From the IMG/VR virus record IMGVR_UViG_3300032305_002044, positions 29,417 through 93,416 of that record: DNA of 64,000 nucleotides. One strand, 5' to 3'. Shown piece after piece: positions 9,298-19,396 of this stretch (positions are counted from its first letter, which is position 1; each line of letters starts with the position of its first letter). Under the pieces are notes generated by a model. That model had not been told where the DNA came from and did not search any database. It saw only the letters and a program-made list of their open reading frames with translations. This stretch comes from a virus. Its lineage: Duplodnaviria; Caudoviricetes. The position numbers and the translations under genes are program-made.

Positions 9298-10875
9298 GTG
9301 GCAGTCCTTTCTGACCTATTGTCTAAAGTTCGCCTAGAACTTGGGGATAACGCAACTCAGTTCACCACTAACTTAACTGGTACTGGCTCCATTAAAGATT
9401 TTTATTTAGACGTTAAACCTGTAGATGCTACTTATCTTGTAGTTACTGTAAATGGCGTAGCTCAAGCTAACCCTACAAATTTCACAGTTGAAGAAAACCT
9501 TGGTGTTATTCACTTTAATTCGGCTTCAACAACCAAAACGGGCTCTGGTGGCGGAGCGGGAACTAGCAGCTTTACGGTAAACAATACAACAGGAATTGTT
9601 GTAGGTATGTCAATAACAGGCACGGGTATTGCTACAACCGCCATGGTTTCTTCTATTACAGGCTCTACTATAGTAAACGTATCTGTGGTTAATACTGGAG
9701 CGGTTTCTGGCACTGTTACATTTACTCAAATTCCAAAAAATGGGGCTCCAATCGTAGTCTCAGGAGTTCATTACCGATACTTTACTAGTGCTGAGCTTAC
9801 TACGTTCCTCAATACAGCCGTTCTGCAGCACACAGACAACCGTACAGACTCTTATGGTAGTAATATTACTATTGCTTCTATTCCTCCCGTAGAAGAGTAC
9901 CCAGTGGCTATTTTGGCTACTGTAGAGGCTCTATGGGCACTTGCTACAGATGCAGCGTTTGACATTAATATTACTGCCCCTGATGGCGTTGTAATCCCCC
10001 GTAATCAGCGTTTTGCCCAATTGTCCATGATCATTCAAGCTCGTAAAGAACAATATCGTGAGCTTTGCGCTGCTCTTAATGTGGGCCTATGGCGTATTGA
10101 AATGGGTATTTTACGCCGCATTTCTCGCACTACTAATAAATTAGTGCCTGTTTATATGCCTCAAGAAATTGATGATAGGACTAAACCAGAACGCGTTTAC
10201 ATTGAAAACAACATGAAGGGGCGTACACCGCCTCCGAGCAATGTTGGCGTTTACGATATTATTCTTACTCAAGGTGATACTTGGAGTACTACTTTTGACT
10301 TCCCACTTAATCTTACTGATTATCTTGTTAAAGCTCAAATACGCACCTATCCAGAATCGCCAGTTCTTTCCGCAGAATTTACTGTTACAACTGTTACCGC
10401 AACAACTGGCGTAGTTACTTTAAGCTTAACCTCAGATCAAACCGAAGACTTACCGCTTAAATCTTTTTGGGATGTTCAAGTTTATAAAGCTGATGGGTCG
10501 TTTAACCAAACTTATGTAAGAGGTTTAGTATTTGCTAACCGCGCAGTTACAGATGAAAACAATGTTGTAAGTACTCCATTAGCTGCTCCTACGTTTATTG
10601 CATCCACCCCACCTGCGGGTACTCGCACTGTAGCGTACTCATATCAATTCCTTGCTACTGGTCCTGATCCTCTATTTTATGTTCAAACAGGTACATTACC
10701 AACAGGTTTAAGCCTGGGTAGTACGGGTCTCTTAAGTGGTATACCTACTACGGCAGGTACGTATAACTTTACAATTCGTGTATATAACTCAGGTTTAGTG
10801 TTTACCACTGCACAATCAACTTTGCCATTAAGTACTTTATTTACTGATTTAGCAGTTTCTGTGGTGATTAGTTAA
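9298..10875 (+). CDS. head-to-tail adaptor with inserted beta module, BppU-like domain and C-terminal Ig (He_PIG-like) domain
   Basis: N-terminal VRLELGD and YFTSAELTTFL adaptor motifs; QGDTW...KAQIR...GVVTLSL...WDVQV; GTLPTGLSLGSTGLLSGIPTTAGTYNFTI. Confidence 0.7.
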   Translation: MAVLSDLLSKVRLELGDNATQFTTNLTGTGSIKDFYLDVKPVDATYLVVTVNGVAQANPTNFTVEENLGVIHFNSASTTKTGSGGGAGTSSFTVNNTTGIVVGMSITGTGIATTAMVSSITGSTIVNVSVVNTGAVSGTVTFTQIPKNGAPIVVSGVHYRYFTSAELTTFLNTAVLQHTDNRTDSYGSNITIASIPPVEEYPVAILATVEALWALATDAAFDINITAPDGVVIPRNQRFAQLSMIIQARKEQYRELCAALNVGLWRIEMGILRRISRTTNKLVPVYMPQEIDDRTKPERVYIENNMKGRTPPPSNVGVYDIILTQGDTWSTTFDFPLNLTDYLVKAQIRTYPESPVLSAEFTVTTVTATTGVVTLSLTSDQTEDLPLKSFWDVQVYKADGSFNQTYVRGLVFANRAVTDENNVVSTPLAAPTFIASTPPAGTRTVAYSYQFLATGPDPLFYVQTGTLPTGLSLGSTGLLSGIPTTAGTYNFTIRVYNSGLVFTTAQSTLPLSTLFTDLAVSVVIS

Positions 10876-12416
10876 TGAGTGAAGAAATAGTTGTAGTTAC
10901 TCCAATTCCTAGTAGTACCGTAGTTGTAAACCCTCCAACAGGTAGTACTAGTGCTAGCACTGTTGTAGATGTAAATGCCGCTTCTGTTGGTCCACAAGGT
11001 CCTACTGGTCCAACTGGTCCTAAAGGAAATTACACTGTTTCAGAGACCGAACCCGTAAACCCAATAGTTGGTGACACTTGGTTTAAATCTTCTACTGCTC
11101 AAATGTATTTAAGATACGATGGTTACTGGGTAGAGACTTCTACAAGTTATTTAGGTCCTGACCAAAAAGCAGCTAAAGTTCTTTATGTGGATACGGATGG
11201 TAGTGACAGTAATGATGGAAAATCTGTCGGTAAAGCAAAACGTACTATTAAATCTGCCTTAGATTACGTAGCTTCGTTAGGTGTTGCAGGTAAAAACTAT
11301 ACTGTCTTTATTAAAAGTGGAGACTATACAGAAATTAACCCAATAACTATTCCAGAAAAAGTTGCACTTGTTGGAGATAGTTTACGAACCGTAACTATTA
11401 GACCACAATACCCTGATAGGGACATTTTTTATGTAAGTGATGGATGTTACATAACTGAGGTAACTTTTAGAGACCATGTACAACCTGCAAATCCAAATCC
11501 AAATGCAGATGGAAGTGGCGGAGCAGCAATTGCCTATAAGCCGCATGTTGGAGACCTTAGCCTCAGACCAGAAATTAGGCAAAGTCCTTATGTTTACAAC
11601 TGCTCATCTATTACAACTACTGGTACAGGTATGCGTATTGATGGAAACCACGTTGGTGGCGGAAAGTCTATGCTTGCTGCTCAATACACTCAAATTAACC
11701 AAAATGGAAAAGGCATACATATTCTAAATAAAGGATATGCGCAGTTAATTGGAATTTACACCATTTGCTGTGATATTGGAATTCTTTGTGAGAGTGGTGG
11801 ATTCTGCTCCCTTATTGGTTCTGACACTAGCTTTGGTAACATAGGTCTTAAAGCATCTGGTGTAAGTAATATTCTTTACACAGGAACAGCTCCTGCAGTT
11901 AGTGTAAACGCCACTAGTGTAACTATTACAAATATTAGAAATTCTGATACAAACGCTCTTCAAATTCCTTATGCTAACAACGTAGTATCTTTTGAGGAAC
12001 CTCGTAGTCCTGATACCCGTAAGTTTTACACAATTAAAAAAATAGAAAATGCGTCAGCAGGGACAGCAAAACTAACTTTTGCTGAAAGAATATCAACTCC
12101 AGTTGCAGCAAGTGCAACCGCATATTTCTATCAATCAAGTAGAATTACGGCTGCTGGTCATACTTTTGAGTACGCTGGCTCAGGAGTCAATTTAACAACA
12201 GCACTTCCTCAGGCAGGTGGAATTCCAAATCAAGAGCTTGAAATTAAAGAAGAATACGGCGGTCAAGTTTACCGAACTAGTACAGACCAACTTGGTGACT
12301 TTAGAATTGGAAATGATCTAGTAATTAACCGAGGCACTGGAGACATTACTGGAGTTGCCTTTGATAGAAGTTTGTTTGCCGTTCTTACCCCTTACATCTT
12401 AGCGCTTGAGAGTTAA
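10875..12416 (+). CDS. fibre/structural protein with collagen-like segment and beta-helix domain
   Basis: GPQGPTGPTGPKG; YVDTDGSDSNDGKS...RTIKSA...VFIKSGDY..GDSLR, a pectin-lyase-like start. Confidence 0.7.
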   Translation: MSEEIVVVTPIPSSTVVVNPPTGSTSASTVVDVNAASVGPQGPTGPTGPKGNYTVSETEPVNPIVGDTWFKSSTAQMYLRYDGYWVETSTSYLGPDQKAAKVLYVDTDGSDSNDGKSVGKAKRTIKSALDYVASLGVAGKNYTVFIKSGDYTEINPITIPEKVALVGDSLRTVTIRPQYPDRDIFYVSDGCYITEVTFRDHVQPANPNPNADGSGGAAIAYKPHVGDLSLRPEIRQSPYVYNCSSITTTGTGMRIDGNHVGGGKSMLAAQYTQINQNGKGIHILNKGYAQLIGIYTICCDIGILCESGGFCSLIGSDTSFGNIGLKASGVSNILYTGTAPAVSVNATSVTITNIRNSDTNALQIPYANNVVSFEEPRSPDTRKFYTIKKIENASAGTAKLTFAERISTPVAASATAYFYQSSRITAAGHTFEYAGSGVNLTTALPQAGGIPNQELEIKEEYGGQVYRTSTDQLGDFRIGNDLVINRGTGDITGVAFDRSLFAVLTPYILALES

Positions 12417-12718
12417 TGATGAAAAAATTTGACCCAGCAACTATGCCAGAAACTACTTCACCCACTGTAAGGGCGCTTAGAACTTTTGTTGAACGATCTA
12501 TTGAAAATGAAATAGATAAAATTACTTTACTTTACGGGGACAAAACAGCAGAGATTGTAGAAAAATCTTTACGTGCAGTTACTTTTCAAATCTTTCACAA
12601 AAATCCAAAAGTACATACTGAAGCTATAGAAGACCCTTGTGCTTTTGATGATGCAATTAAAAAACTGTTTAACATTACTCCAGATGAGTTTTTAATAGAC
12701 CTAGATGTTAAGGAATAA
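12416..12718 (+). CDS. stand-alone glutamyl-tRNA reductase (HemA) dimerisation-domain-like protein
   Basis: PTVRALR..VERSIENEIDK...EIVEKSLRAVTFQIFH.P....AFDDAIKKLFNI follows the GlutR_dimer pattern P.I.ALR....E.E...L..L..KLLH.P......AL..LF.L. Confidence 0.55.
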   Translation: MMKKFDPATMPETTSPTVRALRTFVERSIENEIDKITLLYGDKTAEIVEKSLRAVTFQIFHKNPKVHTEAIEDPCAFDDAIKKLFNITPDEFLIDLDVKE

Positions 12719-12720
12719 CT

Positions 12721-13074
12721 ATGGCACTAAATACATTTAAGACTAGAACTTTGGCACTATCAACGACTTCTACACTAGTGTACACTGCTCCTGAAAACTA
12801 CACTTCCATTATTATTATGGCGCAGGTTAGCAACGTAAACGTATCTGGCTCTGCAGTTAGCGTAACTGTATCTCACCGTAACGTTTCAGATGACCTTGTG
12901 CCTGTTACAACTGACACTCAGTTGGTACAAGGTTTTAGCATTCCAGTAAATGACTCGGCATCTGTAATAACAGGTAAATTAGTATTAGAACAAAAACAAT
13001 CTGTGGTGGCCTCAGCAAGCGCAACTAATTCTGCAAAAATAATCCTTAGCATATTGGAGACCTTGAATGGCTAG
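12721..13074 (+). CDS. small beta-rich virion protein
   Basis: MALNTFKT...VYTAP...AQVSN...GKLVLE...LSILE pattern resembles small myovirus structural proteins. Confidence 0.65.
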   Translation: MALNTFKTRTLALSTTSTLVYTAPENYTSIIIMAQVSNVNVSGSAVSVTVSHRNVSDDLVPVTTDTQLVQGFSIPVNDSASVITGKLVLEQKQSVVASASATNSAKIILSILETLNG

Positions 13075-14860
13075 TCTTCTATCGGGAAAGATTGTTACGC
13101 CTGGCAAAGTTGCTAATAGTGCTACTACAGCTACAAGTGCAAACACTGCTTCCGCAATCGTTGCTCGGGATGCGTCAGGCAATTTTAGCGCTGGCGCAGT
13201 TACTGTTTCCTCTATTATTGGTGGTACAACAGCAACGGCATTTGCTACTACAGAAAATTTAAGTATTGGTAGAACTTCTGGTTACGATTCCCGCGGTTAT
13301 ATTACTAATAATGTTATGAGTGGTGGCAATCAAATTGATACTTACATTACTGATAATTATTCTGTAAGACAGGTACGTGCAAGTGACGAAGAGGATGTTC
13401 TTCTAGAAGTAAACATTGCAGATGGTAGCAGGTATGCAACAGGTAGTGGCATTGCTAGAACTAACGTAAACATTGCAACTGGTGCTTCAGAAGGTGCTGG
13501 CGGAAGCACTATTAAAATTGGTTCATTTAACGGCAATTCAACCACAGATATTCGTGGAACAGTGACTCTACCAAGTACCACTTCAATTGGTAACGTTGAC
13601 TCTACCGAACTTAGTTACCTAAATGGAGTAACTTCTTCAATACAAGCACAGTTAGATAGTAAGACTTCAAATGTAAATCCAGTATATGCATCTCCAGAAT
13701 TTACTGGAACAGTGACTCTACCAAGTACCACCTCAATTGGTAACGTTGATTCTACGGAAATTAGTTATCTAAACGGGGTAACTTCTTCAATACAGACGCA
13801 GTTAAACGCTAAAGCCCCAACTGCTAATCCTACATTTACTGGCACTGTAACCCTTCCAGCTGGAACTATTGTTAATGCTGACATTAAATCAGATGCTGCT
13901 ATTGATTGGACTAAACTAGCAATATCTTCAACTGTTAGTTCTACAGAAATTGGATACGTTGATGGTGTTACATCTGCCATTCAAACACAGTTAAATTCTA
14001 AGGTTTCAAATGTAGACCCAACATTTACAGCAAATGGTTTAACTATTAGTGCAACAGAACTTGGTTATCTTGATGGCTTAGAGAGCAACATTCAAGCACA
14101 GTTAAACTCTAAGGTTTCAAGTGTAAGCCCCACCTTTACGGGAACTGTTGGATTAGGAACATCTGCTGTTTTCTCTGTTGAAGGTTCTAGTAATGACGAT
14201 AATGAAACTACACTTACCGTTGCTAACCCAACTGCAGATAGAACAATTACACTTCCTGACGCTGATGGGATCGTTGCTTTAACTACAAGTCCTGCGTTTA
14301 TAGGTACCCCAACAGCACCAACGGCATCCGCAGGTACAAACACAACACAAATTGCAACTACCGCTTTCGTTCAATCGAATTCAGAAAGATTAGTTGCAAA
14401 ACTTTTATCTGCTACGGCTGCTATTGGAAATACTGAAACAGTAATTCTTAGTTTTACCGCACCTCAAGACAGTATTGCTGTTGGGGATACATTTAGATTT
14501 ACTGGTTTTGCAACTCGCGCTGGTACTGGTAACGTTGCTCCAACATTTCGCATCAGAATAGGTACAGCAACCCTTACTGGTGCGGAGGTTTCTGTTTTAA
14601 CCCCACCAGCCACAGCTACTGTTGCACCATTTAAATTTGAAGCAATAGTTACTTGCCGTAGTATTGTTGGCTCCTCTGCACAAATTGGCGGTGCAGCAAG
14701 TGCGCTTTATTCAACAGGAAGTGGGGGAAATAGTATTACTGCTCCAGTAACTGTAAACACAGGAGTAAATAATCTTATTGAAGCTACAATTGATTCAAAT
14801 AGTGTCAGTGGAAACACTTATAAATTTGAGCACGCTATTCTAGAAAAGTTGCCAGCATAA
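13067..14860 (+). CDS. tail-fibre-like protein with internal repeats
   Basis: ASAIVARDASGNFSAG; four ELxYL/VDGVTSxIQxQL repeats; PTADRTITLPD; SPAFIGTPTAPT...NTTQIATTAFV. Confidence 0.8.
   Translation: MASLLSGKIVTPGKVANSATTATSANTASAIVARDASGNFSAGAVTVSSIIGGTTATAFATTENLSIGRTSGYDSRGYITNNVMSGGNQIDTYITDNYSVRQVRASDEEDVLLEVNIADGSRYATGSGIARTNVNIATGASEGAGGSTIKIGSFNGNSTTDIRGTVTLPSTTSIGNVDSTELSYLNGVTSSIQAQLDSKTSNVNPVYASPEFTGTVTLPSTTSIGNVDSTEISYLNGVTSSIQTQLNAKAPTANPTFTGTVTLPAGTIVNADIKSDAAIDWTKLAISSTVSSTEIGYVDGVTSAIQTQLNSKVSNVDPTFTANGLTISATELGYLDGLESNIQAQLNSKVSSVSPTFTGTVGLGTSAVFSVEGSSNDDNETTLTVANPTADRTITLPDADGIVALTTSPAFIGTPTAPTASAGTNTTQIATTAFVQSNSERLVAKLLSATAAIGNTETVILSFTAPQDSIAVGDTFRFTGFATRAGTGNVAPTFRIRIGTATLTGAEVSVLTPPATATVAPFKFEAIVTCRSIVGSSAQIGGAASALYSTGSGGNSITAPVTVNTGVNNLIEATIDSNSVSGNTYKFEHAILEKLPA
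13555..13810 (+). repeat. near-identical ~105-bp direct repeat, period 150 bp
   Basis: ggaacagtgactctaccaagtaccac[t/c]tcaattggtaacgttga... occurs at ~13556 and ~13706. Confidence 0.85.
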
Positions 14861-14910
14861 TGGCTTGTAAACCAGGATGTCCTACTAAGGACTGTGAATT
14901 ACGGCGATGA
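14860..14910 (+). pseudogene. frameshifted remnant of the MACRTGCPT microprotein
   Basis: MACKPGCPTKDCE, then TACGGCGA (YG.) out of frame; paralog of 19295-19396. Confidence 0.6.
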
Positions 14911-14980
14911 AATTGTCTATCTTTACTATTAAAGCGTCTAAACATTTTGATAGCATTAAAGTCTACAGAATAGTAATGTA

Positions 14981-15328
14981 ATGCCAGCGATTGATTTTCC
15001 AAATTCACCTCAGGTAAACAGCACGTTTACTGTAGGCGAGCGTACCTGGAAATGGACTGGTACCACTTGGGATGTAGTTGTAGTAACCCAGATTACGGGA
15101 CCTACGGGACCTACGGGACCTCAAGGTGCTTCTGGTGGATCATTTGTATTTACCCAAGCTTCCCCAGCTAGCACTTGGACTATTGCTCATAACCTTGGGT
15201 ACAGACCAAACATATCTGTTGTTGATTCCGCTGGTTCTCAGGTAGAGGGAAACACCGTTTGGACTGACAACAATAACTTAACTATCACTTTTAGTGGCGC
15301 TTTTAGCGGCGTAGCGTACCTATCGTAG
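14981..15328 (+). CDS. small fibre-associated protein with collagen-like repeat
   Basis: IDFPNSP..WKWTGTTW; GPTGPTGPQG; WTIAHNLG..P..SVVD. Confidence 0.75.
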   Translation: MPAIDFPNSPQVNSTFTVGERTWKWTGTTWDVVVVTQITGPTGPTGPQGASGGSFVFTQASPASTWTIAHNLGYRPNISVVDSAGSQVEGNTVWTDNNNLTITFSGAFSGVAYLS

Positions 15329-15337
15329 GAGATGTAA

Positions 15338-17272
15338 ATGGCACGTAAATTTTTAACCCCCATAGACCTGGGTAAGAACGAGCTTCAAAATGCCCGTATT
15401 CAAAACCTTGCGGGCTCTCCTGCATCCCCTGTTGCTGGTCAGGTTTACTACGACAGTACGGCTAACACGCTGTATTTCTACAATGGCACGGGCTGGGTTA
15501 GTGCTGGAGGTATGTCTGCTGGAGTACTTTCTGCTCGTCCTTCAGCGGGTGCAGGAAACGTAGGTACTTTCTTTTACGCTACAGATAACACACTTATCTA
15601 CTACTCAAACGGTTCTACTTGGACTCAAACTGATGCGTTTGGTTCTCCAACTAATCTTGCTGCTACGGCTGCCGATGGCTCCGCACTTACTTATGCTCGT
15701 TCTGACCACGTTCACCGCCATGCTGGAACAGACCACTCAGCGATCAAGTTAAGCGACCTCAGCAACTCCCTAAGTGCCAACGTTGACTTCAGCGCTTCTG
15801 GCTATACCATTCGCGCTACTGCTCCTGTAAACGCTCTTGATGTGGTTAACAAGAGTTATGTAGATAACATTTCTGCAGGTCTTAATCCACACGATGCTGT
15901 GGAAGCTTGTACAACTGGAACGCTTGCCGCTACTTATACCGCTGGTTCTGCCGATGCTTCTGGCGGTACAGGTATTGGGGCGTACATCCAAGCTTCTTCT
16001 AACGGTTTTCTTAGCATTGACGCTGTTAGCACTACCAGTAGTCCGATTTCTCTAACCACTGGTTCTCGTATTCTTGTTAAAGATGGTGTCACTGCTGCTG
16101 CAGGTGCTGAGTCTATTACTAACGGTGTTTACTATGTTGCTGCCGCTGGTGATATTGGCTCTGGCTCAACCCCTTGGAAATTAACTCGCGCAACTGACAT
16201 GGACAATAGTCCAGCAGGCGAGTTTATCTCTGGTGACTTTGTATTCGTATTAGGCGGTACACAGCACGCTAATCAGGGCTTTGTAATGAACTCCCCTGGA
16301 ACAGGTACTCCAACAAACGCTATTAAAATTGGCACTGACCCTGTTAAGTGGACTCAGTTCTCTGGTGGCGGAACACTTACAGGCTCCTCTCCAATTAGCG
16401 TTTCTAATAACATTATTTCTGTAGGTCTTGCTTCTACATCTGCATTAGGTGTTGCGTCATTCCCAACCGCTCAGTTTAGTGTTGCATCTGGCGCGGTATC
16501 TATTTCCGAGCTTGCTGGCTCGTTAATCTCTGGAAATATTACAGGTAATGCTGCTAACGTAACTGGCACGGTTGCTATTGCTAACGGTGGTACAAACGCT
16601 ACTACTGCTCCTTTAGCACGAGCTAACCTTAGCGCTGCCGCTTCTGGTGCTAATACAGACATCACAAGTCTTGGCGGGTTAACTACTGCGTTGTCTATTG
16701 CTCAAGGTGGAACAAGCGCCACTACAGCCCCACTTGCCCGAACAGCACTATCCGCCGCATCTTCAGGTGCTAACAGCGACATTACTAGCCTTAGTGGACT
16801 TACTAGTGCACTTACTGTAGCTCAGGGTGGTACTGGTGCAACTACAGCCCCACTTGCTCGCACAGCATTATCTGCCGCGGCTTCGGGAGCTAACAGCGAC
16901 ATTACTAGCCTATCTGGTTTAACTACAGCGTTATCAGTTGCTCAGGGCGGTACAGGTAACTCAGTTACGGCTACCAATAACTACATTGCGGTTGGCGATG
17001 GTACTAAGTATGTACCTACTTCAACTACTAATGTACGTACGCTTTTAGGTATTGGAACATCTACATCAAAGGCAACGGGATCGCTGTCTTTTTCATCCAC
17101 AACGACAGTGCCTGTGACTCACGCTCTGGCTACTACTGCGGTTCTAGTACAAACGTTTGATTCGGGAGGCGTTTTGGTAGACATGGATGTAACGGTTACT
17201 AACTCAACAACCGTTACATTTGTGGTAGCAACTACTACAGCAACTTCGTACTCTTACGTAATTATAGGGTAA
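15338..17272 (+). CDS. tail fibre protein
   Basis: [21 protein letters not shown]...NGVY...W.LTRATD motifs; [24 protein letters not shown] repeats. Confidence 0.85.
   Translation: MARKFLTPIDLGKNELQNARIQNLAGSPASPVAGQVYYDSTANTLYFYNGTGWVSAGGMSAGVLSARPSAGAGNVGTFFYATDNTLIYYSNGSTWTQTDAFGSPTNLAATAADGSALTYARSDHVHRHAGTDHSAIKLSDLSNSLSANVDFSASGYTIRATAPVNALDVVNKSYVDNISAGLNPHDAVEACTTGTLAATYTAGSADASGGTGIGAYIQASSNGFLSIDAVSTTSSPISLTTGSRILVKDGVTAAAGAESITNGVYYVAAAGDIGSGSTPWKLTRATDMDNSPAGEFISGDFVFVLGGTQHANQGFVMNSPGTGTPTNAIKIGTDPVKWTQFSGGGTLTGSSPISVSNNIISVGLASTSALGVASFPTAQFSVASGAVSISELAGSLISGNITGNAANVTGTVAIANGGTNATTAPLARANLSAAASGANTDITSLGGLTTALSIAQGGTSATTAPLARTALSAASSGANSDITSLSGLTSALTVAQGGTGATTAPLARTALSAAASGANSDITSLSGLTTALSVAQGGTGNSVTATNNYIAVGDGTKYVPTSTTNVRTLLGIGTSTSKATGSLSFSSTTTVPVTHALATTAVLVQTFDSGGVLVDMDVTVTNSTTVTFVVATTTATSYSYVIIG
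16570..16955 (+). repeat. three tandem 39-aa (117-bp) fibre repeats
   Basis: [38 protein letters not shown] x3. Confidence 0.85.
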
Positions 17273-17281
17273 ACTAGTATT

Positions 17282-17485
17282 ATGCCTAGAGGTTTTCTTA
17301 ACGGTATTACCGCCACTACAGTTACAGCTACATCTGTTGTAGCTACTAGTATTAGCGGAAGTTTAACAGTTCCCCTTAACGGAACTACTCAGCTTAGTGG
17401 ATTAACTATTGGAACTAAAAAAGTTTTTGTTGGTTCTACTACCCCGACTGGTATGGCTGCTGGAGATATCTGGATTCAGGTATAG
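17282..17485 (+). CDS. small fibre-associated protein
   Basis: C-terminal FVGSTTPT...GDIWIQ motif. Confidence 0.7.
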   Translation: MPRGFLNGITATTVTATSVVATSISGSLTVPLNGTTQLSGLTIGTKKVFVGSTTPTGMAAGDIWIQV

Positions 17486-17487
17486 CA

Positions 17488-17769
17488 ATGTTACAAATTT
17501 TTTATTGCAAAACTTGTTACAATCCACAAACAGAGTACTTGTGCCATTCATACAATGGTTTATGCTGCACTAATTGCTGTCCCTGCACCGATAAAGTTAA
17601 TGGCGATGGCCTTGTCACACTTGATAACAATGGTGGTATTTGGAATCTAACTCATCAAATTGCATCAGAAATCTTTATTCCTGTTGAAATTCCAGATGAG
17701 CCACTTGAGATTGTTTTAGAGGATATTATTAACGACCCAAATTCCCCTAACTACATTGGGGATTTGTAA
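17488..17769 (+). CDS. Cys-rich hypothetical protein
   Basis: CxxC-x8-C-x6-CCxxCCxC followed by an acidic tail; coupled to neighbours. Confidence 0.6.
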   Translation: MLQIFYCKTCYNPQTEYLCHSYNGLCCTNCCPCTDKVNGDGLVTLDNNGGIWNLTHQIASEIFIPVEIPDEPLEIVLEDIINDPNSPNYIGDL

Positions 17770-19292
17770 TGGCAACATTAACTATTGGTACAGCAAGCGG
17801 TGGCTATTTTAACTCGCGTGGAACAAACTCTGCTCCATACGCTATGGGCTCATCAGTTGTTATCCAGAATACTGGCGGTAACATAAATACAACTGGTGGC
17901 TATGAAGGTGTTGTATTTAGCCAATTAACGTTTCAATGTTCTGGTAATGCTGGAACTTCAACCCTTTATGGGAACATCTGGAACAGCGTTGGAACTTCTA
18001 TAACCGCATCCCCTGGTGTATCAGCAGCAGCAGATTCCACCGCCCCTTTTACCTCTAAAACGTTTAATCTTTCCGACCAGTACTTTGCTACACCGCAAAC
18101 AATATACGTTGGATACTCTAGAGCAGCAGCACAAGGAACTGCTTGGGATGTTGTAGATGGAAATAACACAACAAGAATTGGAAATACCGCTGGCTCTGCT
18201 CCAAATGGTTTGACTGGCACTGGTACTGGAACTGTTTATAGACGACTAGTTGGAACAGCAACTTACACGCTTTATGATGCTGGAAACATTTCTCAATCTG
18301 CATCTCAACCATCTAACCTTGCTATTACATTAACTTTTGCTGGAACTAGCCCTACTTACGGCAAAAACATAAGTATTAACTGGGGAGACGGAACTACTAC
18401 TGACTTTTCAGTTGCGGCTGGTGCAGTCCCAACAGATCAAACAAAAACTTATGCCTCTGCTGGTGCAAAAACTATTACTACAACGTTGTCTCATGCTTCA
18501 TCATCTGTTGGTATTCCAAACATAACTTTAACTAGCAGCCCTACTGTTTATACAACTCCAAGCGCTCCGCAATTTCTTAGCGCTAGTCCTGGAAATGGAA
18601 GTGTGGCGTTATCCTGGGCGGCCCCGTCTTACGTTGGTTCTGGAACCGTCACGTATCATATCTACATTGGCGGTTCATTTCGCGGCAGTACTACTGGACT
18701 TAGTTTTACAGATACTGGTTTAGCAAACGGAACTGCTTATACACATACTGTTTATGCATTAAATACTTGGGGTACAGGCGGTTCAGCTTCCGTTAGCTCA
18801 ACTCCGTTCACTGTTCCTGGTGCTCCTTTTTCAAGTACTTACGCTGTTAGCACTTTTTCTTCAGGTTTAAGTTCTACGTTTAGCGTAACTCTGTATGTAA
18901 GTCCTAATGGAACTGGCGGTAGCGCAATTACTGACTATCAATACTCCCTTGATAATACAAACTGGACTTCACTCGGGTTACCCGTAGGGGGAACACGCAC
19001 AGTATCTGGGTTGACTAAAACTACTTATTACACTGTCTATGTAAGAGCAGTAAATGCGGCTGGGAATAGTTCTTCTACAGCAACAACTTGGACATCGTAT
19101 GACCCAACTACTGGGGGTCAGTACAATACAACCTCATTTACTCATGGAGGTAGGTACAAAACCTACGTTGATTCAGAATCTTATGGACAAGAGTGGGCTC
19201 CATTTTACGTAAAAAGATATAATGGAACTGCTTGGGTTGACGCACCAATACAGATATATAATGGAACTGCTTGGGGATATTCGGATGCTTAA
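17769..19292 (+). CDS. virion protein with PKD-like and two fibronectin type III domains
   Basis: INWGDGTT...KTYASAG (PKD); PSAPQ.LSASPGNGSVALSWAAP...GLANGTAYTHTVYALN; GLTKTTYYTVYVRAVNAAG (FN3). Confidence 0.8.
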   Translation: MATLTIGTASGGYFNSRGTNSAPYAMGSSVVIQNTGGNINTTGGYEGVVFSQLTFQCSGNAGTSTLYGNIWNSVGTSITASPGVSAAADSTAPFTSKTFNLSDQYFATPQTIYVGYSRAAAQGTAWDVVDGNNTTRIGNTAGSAPNGLTGTGTGTVYRRLVGTATYTLYDAGNISQSASQPSNLAITLTFAGTSPTYGKNISINWGDGTTTDFSVAAGAVPTDQTKTYASAGAKTITTTLSHASSSVGIPNITLTSSPTVYTTPSAPQFLSASPGNGSVALSWAAPSYVGSGTVTYHIYIGGSFRGSTTGLSFTDTGLANGTAYTHTVYALNTWGTGGSASVSSTPFTVPGAPFSSTYAVSTFSSGLSSTFSVTLYVSPNGTGGSAITDYQYSLDNTNWTSLGLPVGGTRTVSGLTKTTYYTVYVRAVNAAGNSSSTATTWTSYDPTTGGQYNTTSFTHGGRYKTYVDSESYGQEWAPFYVKRYNGTAWVDAPIQIYNGTAWGYSDA

Positions 19293-19294
19293 TT

Positions 19295-19396
19295 ATGGCT
19301 TGTAGAACAGGGTGTCCAACTCAAGATCACGCTGACTATGGCGAGTGCTTATTTGCTGCTCGTATTAATATAGATAAGAGTAGTTTGAGGCCTTAA
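19295..19396 (+). CDS. 33-aa Cys/His microprotein
   Basis: MACRTGCPTQDHADYGECLFAARINIDKSSLRP. Below the ORF-track cut-off; TAATG-coupled to the next gene. Confidence 0.7.
   Translation: MACRTGCPTQDHADYGECLFAARINIDKSSLRP

Noticed and set aside
13555-13810. Repeat pair as a diversity-generating retroelement TR/VR
   Set aside because: Both copies are in frame mid-gene, the differences are not adenine-specific, and no reverse transcriptase is present.
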